Origin: an uncultured bacterium
GTDB lineage: Bacteria > Verrucomicrobiota > Kiritimatiellia > RFP12 > UBA1067
DNA: 64,000 nt
Assembly: GCA_902776615.1 (NCBI GenBank)
Contig: CACYQU010000003.1
Location: forward strand, 1,434 to 65,433
Direction of reading: 5' to 3'
A model generated the notes under the pieces. It ran no database searches and had not been told where the DNA came from. It was given only the letters and a program-made list of their open reading frames with translations. The translations under genes and the position numbers were made by a program. Positions within the stretch are counted from its first letter, which is position 1. Each line of letters starts with the position of its first letter. Of the stretch, positions 40,841-50,252 are shown piece after piece.

Positions 40841-42494
40841 GGTTGTTCATCCTTTGTGACAAAAGTTCCTGTGCGTGTCTGGCGACAACTCCCGAAGCGC
40901 CGCCAAGCATTCTGGCCAACTCCCGAACCCTGGCCTCGCCGTCCACCGCCACGATTTTTGTGCGCGTACGCCCGGCGCTGACCGCCTTCGATACGACGAG
41001 ATGCCTGTCACCGCATGCGGCGCACTGCGGAAGATGGGTTATCGATATCACCTGGTGGTCGCGCGCGACGGCCAGCATCTTCTGGCCGACCACCCGTCCA
41101 GCCTCGCCGCCGACATTCGCGTCTATCTCGTCGAACACCAGCACGTCTGTCGCGTCGTGCGCCGACAAAACCTTCTTGAGCGCCAGCATGACACGCGCAG
41201 CCTCGCCGGAACTTGCTATGGACGAGAGAGGGCGCGCCGCCTCGCCGGGATTCGGCCCGAACATGTACACCACCATGTCGCATCCGTGGGCGTCCGGCTC
41301 GCGAGGCTCGATGGCGACGGAGAACTCGGCCTGCAGAAACCCGAGGTCGTGCAGCTCGCGCGTCACCGCCTTGGAGAGGCTGGCCGCGGCGGTCTTGCGC
41401 TTCTTCGAAATCGCCGCGCCGCACCGCCTCACCTCGGCGGCGGCACGCTCGACCTCCGCCCTGACTTCGGCGATGCGCTCGTCTCGGCGCTCGAGATCTT
41501 CGAGCCGCGCCCGCTTCGCATCGAGAAGCGCGATGAGCGATTTCGCGTCGGCGCAGCCGTGCCTGCGCTTCAGCCTGTTCACCACGGCCAGCCGCTCGTC
41601 AAGCGCGGCAAGCGTCTCGGGATCGGCGTCGATCGCGCTTGCGGCGTCGGCGATAGAGCGCGAAAGCTCCTGAAGCCGCAGTGTCACATCCTCCACCTCT
41701 TCCGCCCAGGCTTCCGCCGCAGGCATCCTCTTCGCCATCTGCGCAAAGAGCGGACGAAGCCGTATAAGAGTCTCCGCCGCGCCTTCGTCGCCGCCGAGGG
41801 CTTCTGTCGCCGTGTTGGCGGCATCGACGATCTCGCCGGCGTGCGCGGCGGTCGCGTGCCGCTCGGCAATAGTGTCGTCATCCTCGGTTATCGCTGCGGA
41901 CTCAAGCTCGCCGACTTGATATCGAAGCATGTCGAGCTCGTCGGCTGACGCCGTTTCGCCTTCGAGCGCCTCAAGACGCGCGCGTACATCGCACAGGGCG
42001 CGCCACGCCTTCGCATACGCAGCCGCGTCCAAATCGGCGAACGAATCAAGCGCCTCGCGCTGGAAGCTCTCCTCGAGAATGCTCTGGTTGGCGCGTGGAC
42101 CGTGTATATCGACAAGCATCGCGCCGAGCCTCTTCAATGTAGCGACGGTGGACGGCGAATCGTTTATCCAAACCCTGCCCGATCCGTTGGCCGCGACCAT
42201 CCGCCTGACAACGAGCGTAGCTCCGTCGAAATCGATTCCAAGGTCGTCGAGAACTTCGCGAACCGCGTCGGCGCGACGGCCATTCAGCGCGAACTCAGCC
42301 TCTACGCGGGCCTCCTTCTCGCCTTCGCGCACCACGCTGGAATCCGCCCGCGCCCCAGTGACAAGCTCCAATGCGCCCATCAGCACGGACTTCCCCGCGC
42401 CGGTTTCGCCAGTAAGAATATTCAAGCCAGAGGCGAATTCCACCTCTGCCTTTTCCACTATAGCAAGATTCGAGACTGTCAATCTATTGAGCAT
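40818..42494 (-). CDS. recN: DNA repair protein RecN
   Basis: TGETGAGKS, DIHG, coiled coil, ASSGE..R.ML, FDEIDANVGG, ITHLPQ. Confidence 0.95.
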   Translation of the reverse strand: MLNRLTVSNLAIVEKAEVEFASGLNILTGETGAGKSVLMGALELVTGARADSSVVREGEKEARVEAEFALNGRRADAVREVLDDLGIDFDGATLVVRRMVAANGSGRVWINDSPSTVATLKRLGAMLVDIHGPRANQSILEESFQREALDSFADLDAAAYAKAWRALCDVRARLEALEGETASADELDMLRYQVGELESAAITEDDDTIAERHATAAHAGEIVDAANTATEALGGDEGAAETLIRLRPLFAQMAKRMPAAEAWAEEVEDVTLRLQELSRSIADAASAIDADPETLAALDERLAVVNRLKRRHGCADAKSLIALLDAKRARLEDLERRDERIAEVRAEVERAAAEVRRCGAAISKKRKTAAASLSKAVTRELHDLGFLQAEFSVAIEPREPDAHGCDMVVYMFGPNPGEAARPLSSIASSGEAARVMLALKKVLSAHDATDVLVFDEIDANVGGEAGRVVGQKMLAVARDHQVISITHLPQCAACGDRHLVVSKAVSAGRTRTKIVAVDGEARVRELARMLGGASGVVARHAQELLSQRMNNHENIKKR

Positions 42495-42559
42495 CGTCCA
42501 AAGCCGCCGGTTTCCAATGCACGGCTGAAACAAACAAATTCTACTTCAATCAAAATGAT

Positions 42560-42580
42560 GACGCGGCAAGGCGCCGCATC
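42560..42580 (-). terminator. Possible hairpin terminator after the tRNA pair
   Basis: Minus strand GATGCGGC-gcctt-GCCGCGTC followed by ATCATTTTG (weak U tract). Confidence 0.35.
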
Positions 42581-42590
42581 TCCCTGAGTA

Positions 42591-42664
42591 TGGAGCGGGC
42601 GATGGGAATCGAACCCACGTAAGAAGCTTGGGAAGCTCCTATTCTGCCATTGAATTACGCCCGC
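42591..42664 (-). tRNA. tRNA-Gly(CCC)
   Basis: GCGGGCG acceptor stem, anticodon loop TT-CCC-AA, GGTTCGATTCC T-arm, encoded CCA. Confidence 0.96.
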
Positions 42665-42679
42665 AGAGCGCGACATATT

Positions 42680-42771
42680 TGGCGGAGAGAGAGGGATTCG
42701 AACCCCCGATACCCTTGCGGGTATGCATGATTTCGAGTCATGTGCATTCAACCAGGCTCTGCCATCTCTCC
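42680..42771 (-). tRNA. tRNA-Ser(CGA)
   Basis: GGAGAGA acceptor stem, CT-CGA-AA loop, long variable arm, GGTTCGAATCC, encoded CCA. Confidence 0.96.
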
Positions 42772-42786
42772 TAGCAACAGACGCGT

Positions 42787-42816
42787 ATAATATCAAAAAA
42801 TGCCGTCACCTGTCAA
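42787..42816 (-). promoter_or_regulatory. Sigma70 promoter of the tRNA-Ser/Gly operon
   Basis: TTGACA-18 nt-TATTAT with TGn extension. Confidence 0.7.
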
Positions 42817-42917
42817 CGGAGCCGCGTCGCAAACGACGGCAAATCAAGTGCGCAAAGAGATTTGCCGATGAGCGAACGCAGTCGGGACGCACTCGCTCTC
42901 ACAGAGACACCGGCCAT

Positions 42918-44045
42918 TTACTTCGCCAGGCGCTGGACGCGTGTGCCGAGCGAGCAGATTATATCGTAGGCGTGAGTGCCTTTGAGCCGCGCCCAGTCGT
43001 CGGGGGTTACTACATGTCGGCCGCTTCTGCCGAGGCACACCACCTCATCGCCGGCACTCACTCCCGTTGCACCAGTTGCATCCACCGTCGCATAGTCCAT
43101 CGATATGCGCCCGACAACAGGACACACCGCGCCGTTTATCAGCACATGCCCACGATTCGTGAGCGCAAGCGGCAGCCCGTCGGCGTAGCCTGCGGAAATC
43201 GTCGCTATTCGCGTCGGCTCGCGCAGACACCATGTGCGGCCGTAGCCGAGAGTGGTTCCCGCCGGAAGCGATCTCACCTGAGCGACCCGCGTCTTGAGCG
43301 CAAGCACCGGCTCCACTTTGAGAGCCTTGCGTCCGTTCGGGTCGAAACTGCCGTGAAGGTTGATGCCCGTTCGCACCATGTTGAACGGACTCTTCGCACA
43401 CTGCGGAAAATTGTTTATCGCGTCGCTCGCCGCGATGTGGACCTTTCTGAAAGCGACGCCCTCGCGCCGCGCTTCGGCGAGGAACCTCTTGAATGCTTCG
43501 ATCTGGCGGAGCGTAAAGGGATCTTCCGGATCGTACGCCATCGGGAAGTGCGAAAAGACGCCTTCGATATCCAAGCCAGGCAGAGCAGCGATTTCGCGAA
43601 GAACCGCCGGCGCGTCCGCGACGGGCACGCCGAGCCGTCCCATTCCTGTATCAAGCTTGAGGTGCACCTTCGCCGTCTTGCGCCGGCGGACCGCCGCAGA
43701 CGATATTAGCCTGGCGGTCGCCACGTCGATCGCGGGCAGCGTGACGCCAGCCTTCACCATCTCGTCTATTTCGTCAGGGAGGATCGAACTGAGAATCTGC
43801 ACGTCCTTCGACGCACCAAGCCGGCGCAGGACCTTCTGAAGTTCCAGCGCCTCGAAAGGCTCCGCCACGCCGAATCCGGCGCAGTCGGTTTCGGCGAGCG
43901 CCCGCGCGTAGTCTGCGACTCCAAGACCGTAGGCGTTTGCCTTTAGCACGCAGAGCACTTTAGCGGGCTTCGCGTGCGCCGCTATCTTCGCATAGTTGCG
44001 CCGCAGCGCATCGAGATCGATTTCAACCCATACTCTTCTTTTCAT
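42918..44045 (-). CDS. alr: Alanine racemase
   Basis: VLKANAYGLG, HLKLDTGMGRLG, GYG, GYADG, GRISMD. Confidence 0.96.
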   Translation of the reverse strand: MKRRVWVEIDLDALRRNYAKIAAHAKPAKVLCVLKANAYGLGVADYARALAETDCAGFGVAEPFEALELQKVLRRLGASKDVQILSSILPDEIDEMVKAGVTLPAIDVATARLISSAAVRRRKTAKVHLKLDTGMGRLGVPVADAPAVLREIAALPGLDIEGVFSHFPMAYDPEDPFTLRQIEAFKRFLAEARREGVAFRKVHIAASDAINNFPQCAKSPFNMVRTGINLHGSFDPNGRKALKVEPVLALKTRVAQVRSLPAGTTLGYGRTWCLREPTRIATISAGYADGLPLALTNRGHVLINGAVCPVVGRISMDYATVDATGATGVSAGDEVVCLGRSGRHVVTPDDWARLKGTHAYDIICSLGTRVQRLAK

Positions 44046-44097
44046 GGTTCTCTATAGCTTCTCTTTCTGCGCGAGACATTCAACTGACGATACTTGG

Positions 44098-47000
44098 CTA
44101 ATATCTCTTCAGCAGTTCAAGCAGTTGCTTGTCGAGCTTGTGGCCGCGGTAGTCTTCGTACTCCACGTCGTCCCGCTCGGAATCGAGGATGCCGAAACCT
44201 CCGTAAAGGCCCCAAAGCGCCCAGCCGCAGTTGAGCTCGCGCCAGAGCCTCAGTTGGTCTTCCAAAAGACCGAGCGCGATGTCGTGGCGCGTCTTCTTCC
44301 ACACGCCGAACTCGCCTACGTATACGAACGCACCCTTGCCGATGACCTCGTTCCAATCCTTCGAAGTGTAGATATCCTTTATGAGCCACTTGCGAGGATT
44401 GGTAGAATCAACGGGCCAGCGCGGCGTTTCGCTGACGCTCTCTGGATCGTTCCACGGCGTCTGGTGGTGGGTCACGAAGAAAGGATCGTAGCAGTGCCAT
44501 CCGAAGCCGAGACCATTTACGCCGCAGAGCGACGTCGGCGCTATGCGCCCGTAGCCGAGACCGTCGGCGACGATGAACCGCCCGGGATCCTTCGCGCGTA
44601 TCGCCGCGACGAGTTCGCGCACGACGGGCGCGTACTTCCTCTCGCGCATGTAGTCCGGCTCGTTGAAGAGGTTGAACGAAAGTTCCTTGTTGGGGACGCC
44701 TTTGTAGCGCGCGGCGAGCGTCGCCCAGTGGAGGCACGCCGCCTTCAGCGTCGCACCGTCGTCGAAGATGCTCGTCGGCTCGGCGGGGGTTCCGGAAGTG
44801 TAGCCGGGTATGCGGTGCAGGCAGAGCTGCACATGTATATTGTGGCGGCGACCCATCTCGATGGCCTGATCCAGGAACTTGAGGCCGTCTTCGTCAAATT
44901 CGGTCCAGCGGGCGCGGTCGTGGCCTTTCACAAAGTAGCGGTAGTCGAGCGGGAGCCGCGCAAAGTTGAAGCCGAAGTCTTCGAGGATTTCAAAGTCCTC
45001 CTCTTTGAAGCCCCCCTTCTCGTTGTAATCGACGGAGAGCATGTCGAGCAGGTTCACGCCGCGCCAGCGTTTTTCCGGCCGACCGTCAACGACTTCATCT
45101 GCAAGCTGCACGCGCTCGAGGCGCGGCTCAAGCAGAAGACCGGAAAGCGAGACAACCGCGAGCCTCTGCGCAAACTCTTCGGCCGAGATGCTTTCGCCCG
45201 CTTTCGGCGTAAAGCATACCGTAGCATTCCGCCCAGGCAGAAGCGTAAAGCAGTTGTCGTCGAACTCGCCGCGAACGCCGCGCACGTCGAGCCATGCGAA
45301 AAACGCGGGGCGGTCGGTCGAAAGCTCTACCTTGAATGCACCGTCGCCAGAGGGGACGGGGCTCGCAGTCACGCGCGCCTTCGCGAGCTTTGCTTCGCGG
45401 TACGGCACGAAATGCCATTCGCAACGCGACACGCCACGATCCGTGCGCAGGGTGATTGCGGCGAACTCGTCGCCGCGAAGCGCGCGTTCGGACGGTTTGA
45501 GCTCCGCAAGCGGCGTCGCGCCTTCGGGCGCGAGCGCAACCACCTTCTTGCGCGACGAGGCGCACTTTGCGCCGTCGTAGGGCCAGTACTCGACCTCAAG
45601 CTCGCCGCGAATCTCATCCGCCGTATCGTCAAGCCCGAAAACTTCCACCACACCGTCTTCGCGCGGACGCGCCACAACCGCGACCGGCTCGAAGAAGCGG
45701 CGCGCCATGTATTGAAGCGGCTTCCACTTGCCGCCGTACTCCACAGAAGACCAGCTCGCGACCGGCCAGTTGTCGTTGAGCTGCCAGAAGAGCGTTCCCA
45801 TGCAGCGCGGCATCGCCGCGCGCCACGCCTCTACGGCGGTTCTTATCGCCATCGCCTGCTGGAACTGCGAAAGGACGAGTTCGCTTTCGAAGTCTTTCGC
45901 CGCCCCGAAATACCTGACCATCGTTTCTCGTATGCGCCTGTTTCCGCCGGGGTTCTTCTGGTGCCACTCGAAGTCTTCGCAAGGGCCTTTCGCGAATGTC
46001 GCCGCGACCTCGGGCGACGAAAACGACTGGTAGCCGAACTCCGAGCAGAAGCGCGGACGGTACTTGTAGTATTTGGAGAACGGAGCGTTCTCGTGCCAGA
46101 CATCCCAATTGTGCATGTCGCCCTTGGAGTCGTCCTTCCAAGCGTCGCCGAAATCCCCCGGACCGCAGCAAGGCGACGACGGCCAGTATGTGCGCGTGGG
46201 GTCGAATTTCGCAACAAGCTCGCCCTGCCTCTTCGAGCGGGCGATCCAGGCGGACTTGTAGAAATCATAATTCTCGCGAGTCTCCTTGAACCACCGTATC
46301 GCGCCGAGGCATTCGTTGTCGCCGCACCACAGCGCTATCGAGGCGTGGTCGCGCAGACGCCTCAGCTGGTGCGAAAGCTCGCCCTCTATCTCGCCGAGGA
46401 ACGCGTCGTCCGCCGGATATACCGCGCACGCGTGCATCATGTCGTGCCAGACGAGAAGGCCGAGTTCGTCGCAGAGATCGTAAAAGACGTCCTTCTCGTA
46501 CTGACCGCCACCCCATACGCGAATCATGTTCATGTTCGCAGCCTTCGCGCTTTCAAGGAGGTCGCGGTAGCGCTCGGGCGTTTGGCGCGTTTCGAGCGCA
46601 TCGCACGGAATCCAGTTCGCGCCCTTCATGAAGAGGCGCCTGTTGTTGACGCGGAATACCAGCGAAAGCTCTTCCTTGCCTTCGGGCGAAACGGTGCGCT
46701 CGTTCAGCACCTCCAGCTTTCTCAGACCGATGCGCCTCGTGATCTTTTCGCCGTTGACGTCTACGGTGAAGGTGTAAAAGTTCTGGGCGCCTGCTCCGTT
46801 CGGCCACCAGAGCGGGGGATTGTCGATTTCGATGCGGTTCGTCACAGTGGTTCCGTCGGAAAGGTCGGCGAACACATCGAGCGTGCAGTGGCCGAGATCG
46901 TCGGAGAAAGTCTGAGTCGTGTAGACGTAATCGACGCGCGGTCTGTCCGAGGCGAGCAGCTTCACAGTGCCGCAAAAGCCGATCGACTCCACTTCGGGAC

Positions 47001-48831
47001 CCCAGTCCCATCCGGCGTGGCAGGCAGGCTTGCGGATGAGCGCCTGGTTTTTCGCCCACTCTGCGTTGGACATCGGATAGGCCCTGCCTATCGCGACGCG
47101 GCGCTCGTCGGCCTCGACGACCGGACTTCTGAACACGCCCTCGATGGTGTTTTCTCCCTCCTTCAAAAACGGCCTCGCGTCGAAGTCGTAGCGCCTGAAG
47201 CGGTTTGACGTGCGCCCGATTTCGCGTCCGTTGATTTTCACCGTGCAGAACGTATCGCAGTCCTCAAGCCGCAGAACGATCTTGTCCCGCCGCAGAAAAG
47301 CGCCGTCTGCGTTGAACTTGCGCGAGAAGGTCCAGTCCCTGCGGGCTACCCAGAGGCTCTTTTTTTCGTTCGCGCCCCAGTAGATGTCGTCTATCGCGCC
47401 AACCTTCAAAAGCGCGTCGTGGACTCCGCCCGGCACGACCGCGTCCACAGTGCGCTCGCAGTCAGAAACCTGCCATGTTCCGGCGAGGTCGATTTCGGCC
47501 TTGGCGGCGCACGGCGGCGCGGCGCAGGCAGGCGGCGCGGGCGACCCGCCGGAAAGCCGCGCCTTGAGGTCGGCCCATCTGTAGAATGCGCCGTAGACGG
47601 TTTCGAGTCCGCGCAGACGCGTCTCGCCCTCGTTGAACAGGACCTTTACAATCACATCTCCAGCACCGTTACGGTAAAAGATCATCTGGACGTTCGCCGC
47701 CATCGGCATGGCCGATATTATTTCCTCGTGGTCGGCGGCCTCGGCCATGGGGACGCTGTCGCCCGCGCCCTCCACGCCAAGCCGACAGACGAACGGCCAG
47801 AGCGCCGCGTCATGCCCGAAGCGCAGATCCGCCGCAATGCCGCCGTGCGTGATCGCCTCGTCCGCCTTGACCGCAAAGTCCTCCGCGAGCGGCGCCGCGC
47901 ATGAAACGACGCAGTCGCCGAACTCCGCCGAGTTCCCCATAAGCGCGTACCACCTCGCATCCATCATCCGCGCGACTGTCACAAGCTCGTCCTTGGTGAA
48001 GCAGTCGTCTATCGTAAGCCCGGCAAGCTCGACCTCAAGCGGACGGCACGCCGCGAACATGTAAAACAGGCTTCTGATGAACAGCGACGATTCACCGGCC
48101 ATCTCGTCCGCGCGGGCCGTGTCGGTAAAGAGCCGCGCCATGAACGCCCGCCTGTCGAACGTCGCGCTCAAAATGCGCTCGGCGGCAGCCGTGCCGTCCT
48201 CAAGAGCCTTTTTGCGCTTCGGCGAACTGCTGAGCAGTTTGGACATAAGCCGCTCGCCCGTCTTGAATTCAAAGTCAAGCACGGGGGCAAGCCCCTTCAG
48301 CTCGCACGCGAAATTGGCAAGGCTCATGTTGCAGCGCGTGAACGTGCTCGTCTCGCAGCGCACCTTCCTGCCGGCGCGGAACACTTCAGGGACGCGCTCG
48401 AACATCCGCCGCGCTATTCCTCTGTGCTCCGCCGCGCCGCGGGCGGAAAGCTCGCCGTACATCCCTGCATGCGCATCGCGTATGACCTTGAGCTTCTTGA
48501 AAAGCGCACGGCCCTCGTCCGTAAGAATTCCCGCGGCGTCGGCCTTCGCCATGACTCTGGCCGCATAGCAGTTGTCGCGCTCCGACTGATAACGGCTTCC
48601 GTGGCGGCCGTAGTGGCTTATATAGAAAGGATGATATCCTGCCGGCGCGAACGTCTCATGAGTCGCGACCGGCTTGTAGCGGCGGAATATCACCGTGCTC
48701 AGTTCGGGGTCGCCGGCGACCGCCGACGCGAAGTCGCGCGGCGCGCCGTCCGCCCACGCGCCAGCCGCGATCGACAAGGCGGCGACCAGCGCGGCGGCGC
48801 AGATTCCACCGGCGTTGGGAAGGCGGCTCAT
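44098..48831 (-). CDS. Secreted fusion: histidine acid phosphatase + GH2 beta-mannosidase + GH5 glycoside hydrolase
   Basis: Signal peptide. RHGSR and GHD (phosphatase). GWDWGP, KGANWIP, RVWGGG, WCGDNE, SEFG, WQLND.WP (GH2 mannosidase). RGVNL, RLPLDY, NEP, HCY, GEFG (GH5). Confidence 0.88.
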   Translation of the reverse strand: MSRLPNAGGICAAALVAALSIAAGAWADGAPRDFASAVAGDPELSTVIFRRYKPVATHETFAPAGYHPFYISHYGRHGSRYQSERDNCYAARVMAKADAAGILTDEGRALFKKLKVIRDAHAGMYGELSARGAAEHRGIARRMFERVPEVFRAGRKVRCETSTFTRCNMSLANFACELKGLAPVLDFEFKTGERLMSKLLSSSPKRKKALEDGTAAAERILSATFDRRAFMARLFTDTARADEMAGESSLFIRSLFYMFAACRPLEVELAGLTIDDCFTKDELVTVARMMDARWYALMGNSAEFGDCVVSCAAPLAEDFAVKADEAITHGGIAADLRFGHDAALWPFVCRLGVEGAGDSVPMAEAADHEEIISAMPMAANVQMIFYRNGAGDVIVKVLFNEGETRLRGLETVYGAFYRWADLKARLSGGSPAPPACAAPPCAAKAEIDLAGTWQVSDCERTVDAVVPGGVHDALLKVGAIDDIYWGANEKKSLWVARRDWTFSRKFNADGAFLRRDKIVLRLEDCDTFCTVKINGREIGRTSNRFRRYDFDARPFLKEGENTIEGVFRSPVVEADERRVAIGRAYPMSNAEWAKNQALIRKPACHAGWDWGPEVESIGFCGTVKLLASDRPRVDYVYTTQTFSDDLGHCTLDVFADLSDGTTVTNRIEIDNPPLWWPNGAGAQNFYTFTVDVNGEKITRRIGLRKLEVLNERTVSPEGKEELSLVFRVNNRRLFMKGANWIPCDALETRQTPERYRDLLESAKAANMNMIRVWGGGQYEKDVFYDLCDELGLLVWHDMMHACAVYPADDAFLGEIEGELSHQLRRLRDHASIALWCGDNECLGAIRWFKETRENYDFYKSAWIARSKRQGELVAKFDPTRTYWPSSPCCGPGDFGDAWKDDSKGDMHNWDVWHENAPFSKYYKYRPRFCSEFGYQSFSSPEVAATFAKGPCEDFEWHQKNPGGNRRIRETMVRYFGAAKDFESELVLSQFQQAMAIRTAVEAWRAAMPRCMGTLFWQLNDNWPVASWSSVEYGGKWKPLQYMARRFFEPVAVVARPREDGVVEVFGLDDTADEIRGELEVEYWPYDGAKCASSRKKVVALAPEGATPLAELKPSERALRGDEFAAITLRTDRGVSRCEWHFVPYREAKLAKARVTASPVPSGDGAFKVELSTDRPAFFAWLDVRGVRGEFDDNCFTLLPGRNATVCFTPKAGESISAEEFAQRLAVVSLSGLLLEPRLERVQLADEVVDGRPEKRWRGVNLLDMLSVDYNEKGGFKEEDFEILEDFGFNFARLPLDYRYFVKGHDRARWTEFDEDGLKFLDQAIEMGRRHNIHVQLCLHRIPGYTSGTPAEPTSIFDDGATLKAACLHWATLAARYKGVPNKELSFNLFNEPDYMRERKYAPVVRELVAAIRAKDPGRFIVADGLGYGRIAPTSLCGVNGLGFGWHCYDPFFVTHHQTPWNDPESVSETPRWPVDSTNPRKWLIKDIYTSKDWNEVIGKGAFVYVGEFGVWKKTRHDIALGLLEDQLRLWRELNCGWALWGLYGGFGILDSERDDVEYEDYRGHKLDKQLLELLKRY

Positions 48832-48837
48832 ACCGCA

Positions 48838-49935
48838 TCACCTCGCAGAGAAGCGGAACTCGGTCGTCGAACGGTAGGTCTCGCCCGCCTTGACGAACGT
48901 CGTCGGCCACTGGGGCTTGTTGGGCGAGTCGGGCGCGTGCTGGGTCTCAAGCGCGACGCCGCAGCGGAACGACAGATGCTCGCCGCCCTTCGCCTTCTGG
49001 TCGTAGCTCGCCCAGTTGGCGGTGTAGACCTGCAGGCAGGGTTCGGTAGTCCACACCTCGACGGCGCGTCCGTTTAGCGGGCAGTACAGTCCGCCGGCCT
49101 TTACGAGGCCTCCCTTTCCGCCAGCCATCACGCCTTCGTCGAGAATCCAGTTGTGATCATAGCCTTTGCCGATTTCAAGCTGTTCGTCGCCTTCGTTGAT
49201 CCTCTCGCCGATTCGCATGCCGCGGCGGAAGTCGAAGGGGGTACCGTCCACCTTGGCGATTTCGCCCGTGGGAATCTGCCCCTTGTCGGTCGGCGTAACC
49301 GCGCTGGCGGCGATGGTCATGATATGGTCTTCGATCGTGCCGCCTGCCTCGCCCTTGAAGTTGAAGTAGACATGCTGCGTCATGTTGATCGGCGTCTCTT
49401 TGTCGGGCACAGCCTCGTAATCGACGCGCCACACGTTGTCCTTCGTAAGAGTGTACGTGACCTTTACCTCGACCTTGCCGGGGAAGCCCTCGTCGCCGTC
49501 AGGCGAGACGTGGGTGAAGACGACGCCCACGTCGTCGCCCTTCACGAACGGCTCCGCGCCCCACACGTAGGCGTTCCACCCGCGCGCGCCGCCATGCAGG
49601 TTGCAGCCGATTCCGCCGGGCGCGTTGTTGAGCGCCGGCAGTTTGTATTCGACGCCGTTCATCGTAAAGCGTCCGTTGGCGATTCTGTTTCCGTAGCGCC
49701 CGATGATGCAGCCCCAGTAGGCGTCGCCTTCGTCCCAGCCGGCCGGGGAGTCGAAGCCAACGACGACGTCCTTCATCTTTCCTTCGCGGTCGGCCGTGAA
49801 GAGCCGCACCACCTTGCCGCCGTAGTCGCTTACCTCCAGCACGACGCCGCCGGCGCCGTTCAGGGTGAACTTTCGCGCCTTCTCGCCGTACTTCGTTGTT
49901 CCGAAATCGCTTACCTCGTAGCTTGGGCTGGACAT
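48838..49935 (-). CDS. galM: Aldose 1-epimerase (mutarotase)
   Basis: GRYGNRI, LHGG, GFPG, HVYFN, GYDHN, QVYT, ALETQ. Confidence 0.93.
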   Translation of the reverse strand: MSSPSYEVSDFGTTKYGEKARKFTLNGAGGVVLEVSDYGGKVVRLFTADREGKMKDVVVGFDSPAGWDEGDAYWGCIIGRYGNRIANGRFTMNGVEYKLPALNNAPGGIGCNLHGGARGWNAYVWGAEPFVKGDDVGVVFTHVSPDGDEGFPGKVEVKVTYTLTKDNVWRVDYEAVPDKETPINMTQHVYFNFKGEAGGTIEDHIMTIAASAVTPTDKGQIPTGEIAKVDGTPFDFRRGMRIGERINEGDEQLEIGKGYDHNWILDEGVMAGGKGGLVKAGGLYCPLNGRAVEVWTTEPCLQVYTANWASYDQKAKGGEHLSFRCGVALETQHAPDSPNKPQWPTTFVKAGETYRSTTEFRFSAR

Positions 49936-49986
49936 GACTGACTCCTTTTTGATGTTGTGTTGGTTGTTGAAGCTGGTTCTGCATTC

Positions 49987-50232
49987 CTACATTCTGCGGC
50001 TCGTCACCTCGATGACGTTCACCTGGTTCCTGAGCTGCAGGATTATCTGCTCGACGACCTTGTCCGTTCCGAGAATGTCGATCTTCATCCGCGAGACGGT
50101 TCCATCCTCGGTCGGGCCGACGTTTAGCGTCTGGATGTTGTAGCCGCGCCCGGAGATGAGCCCCACGATCCGCGCCAGCACGCCCGGCTTGTTTTCCACG
50201 TAGCAGTTGAGCCTGTGTGTCTGTTCGTTCAT
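49987..50232 (-). CDS. ilvN: Acetolactate synthase small regulatory subunit (ACT domain only, 81 aa)
   Basis: VENKPGVLARIVGLISGRGYNI; SD AGGAG; follows ilvB. Confidence 0.9.
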   Translation of the reverse strand: MNEQTHRLNCYVENKPGVLARIVGLISGRGYNIQTLNVGPTEDGTVSRMKIDILGTDKVVEQIILQLRNQVNVIEVTSRRM

Positions 50233-50252
50233 TTTAAGCGTACTCCTTCGCC

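Noticed and set aside
42591-42771. tRNA-targeted prophage or island
   Set aside because: Flanks are recN and alr; no integrase and no duplicated tRNA 3' end seen.
25-47208. Very long plus-strand ORFs (25..2673, 3673..6840, 14083..15609, 17665..19476, 25432..27708, 43996..47208) and Arg-rich alternate-frame minus ORFs such as 4481..8251
   Set aside because: They are antisense or frame shadows of well-supported genes in high-GC DNA, with Arg/Ala-rich composition and no recognisable motifs.
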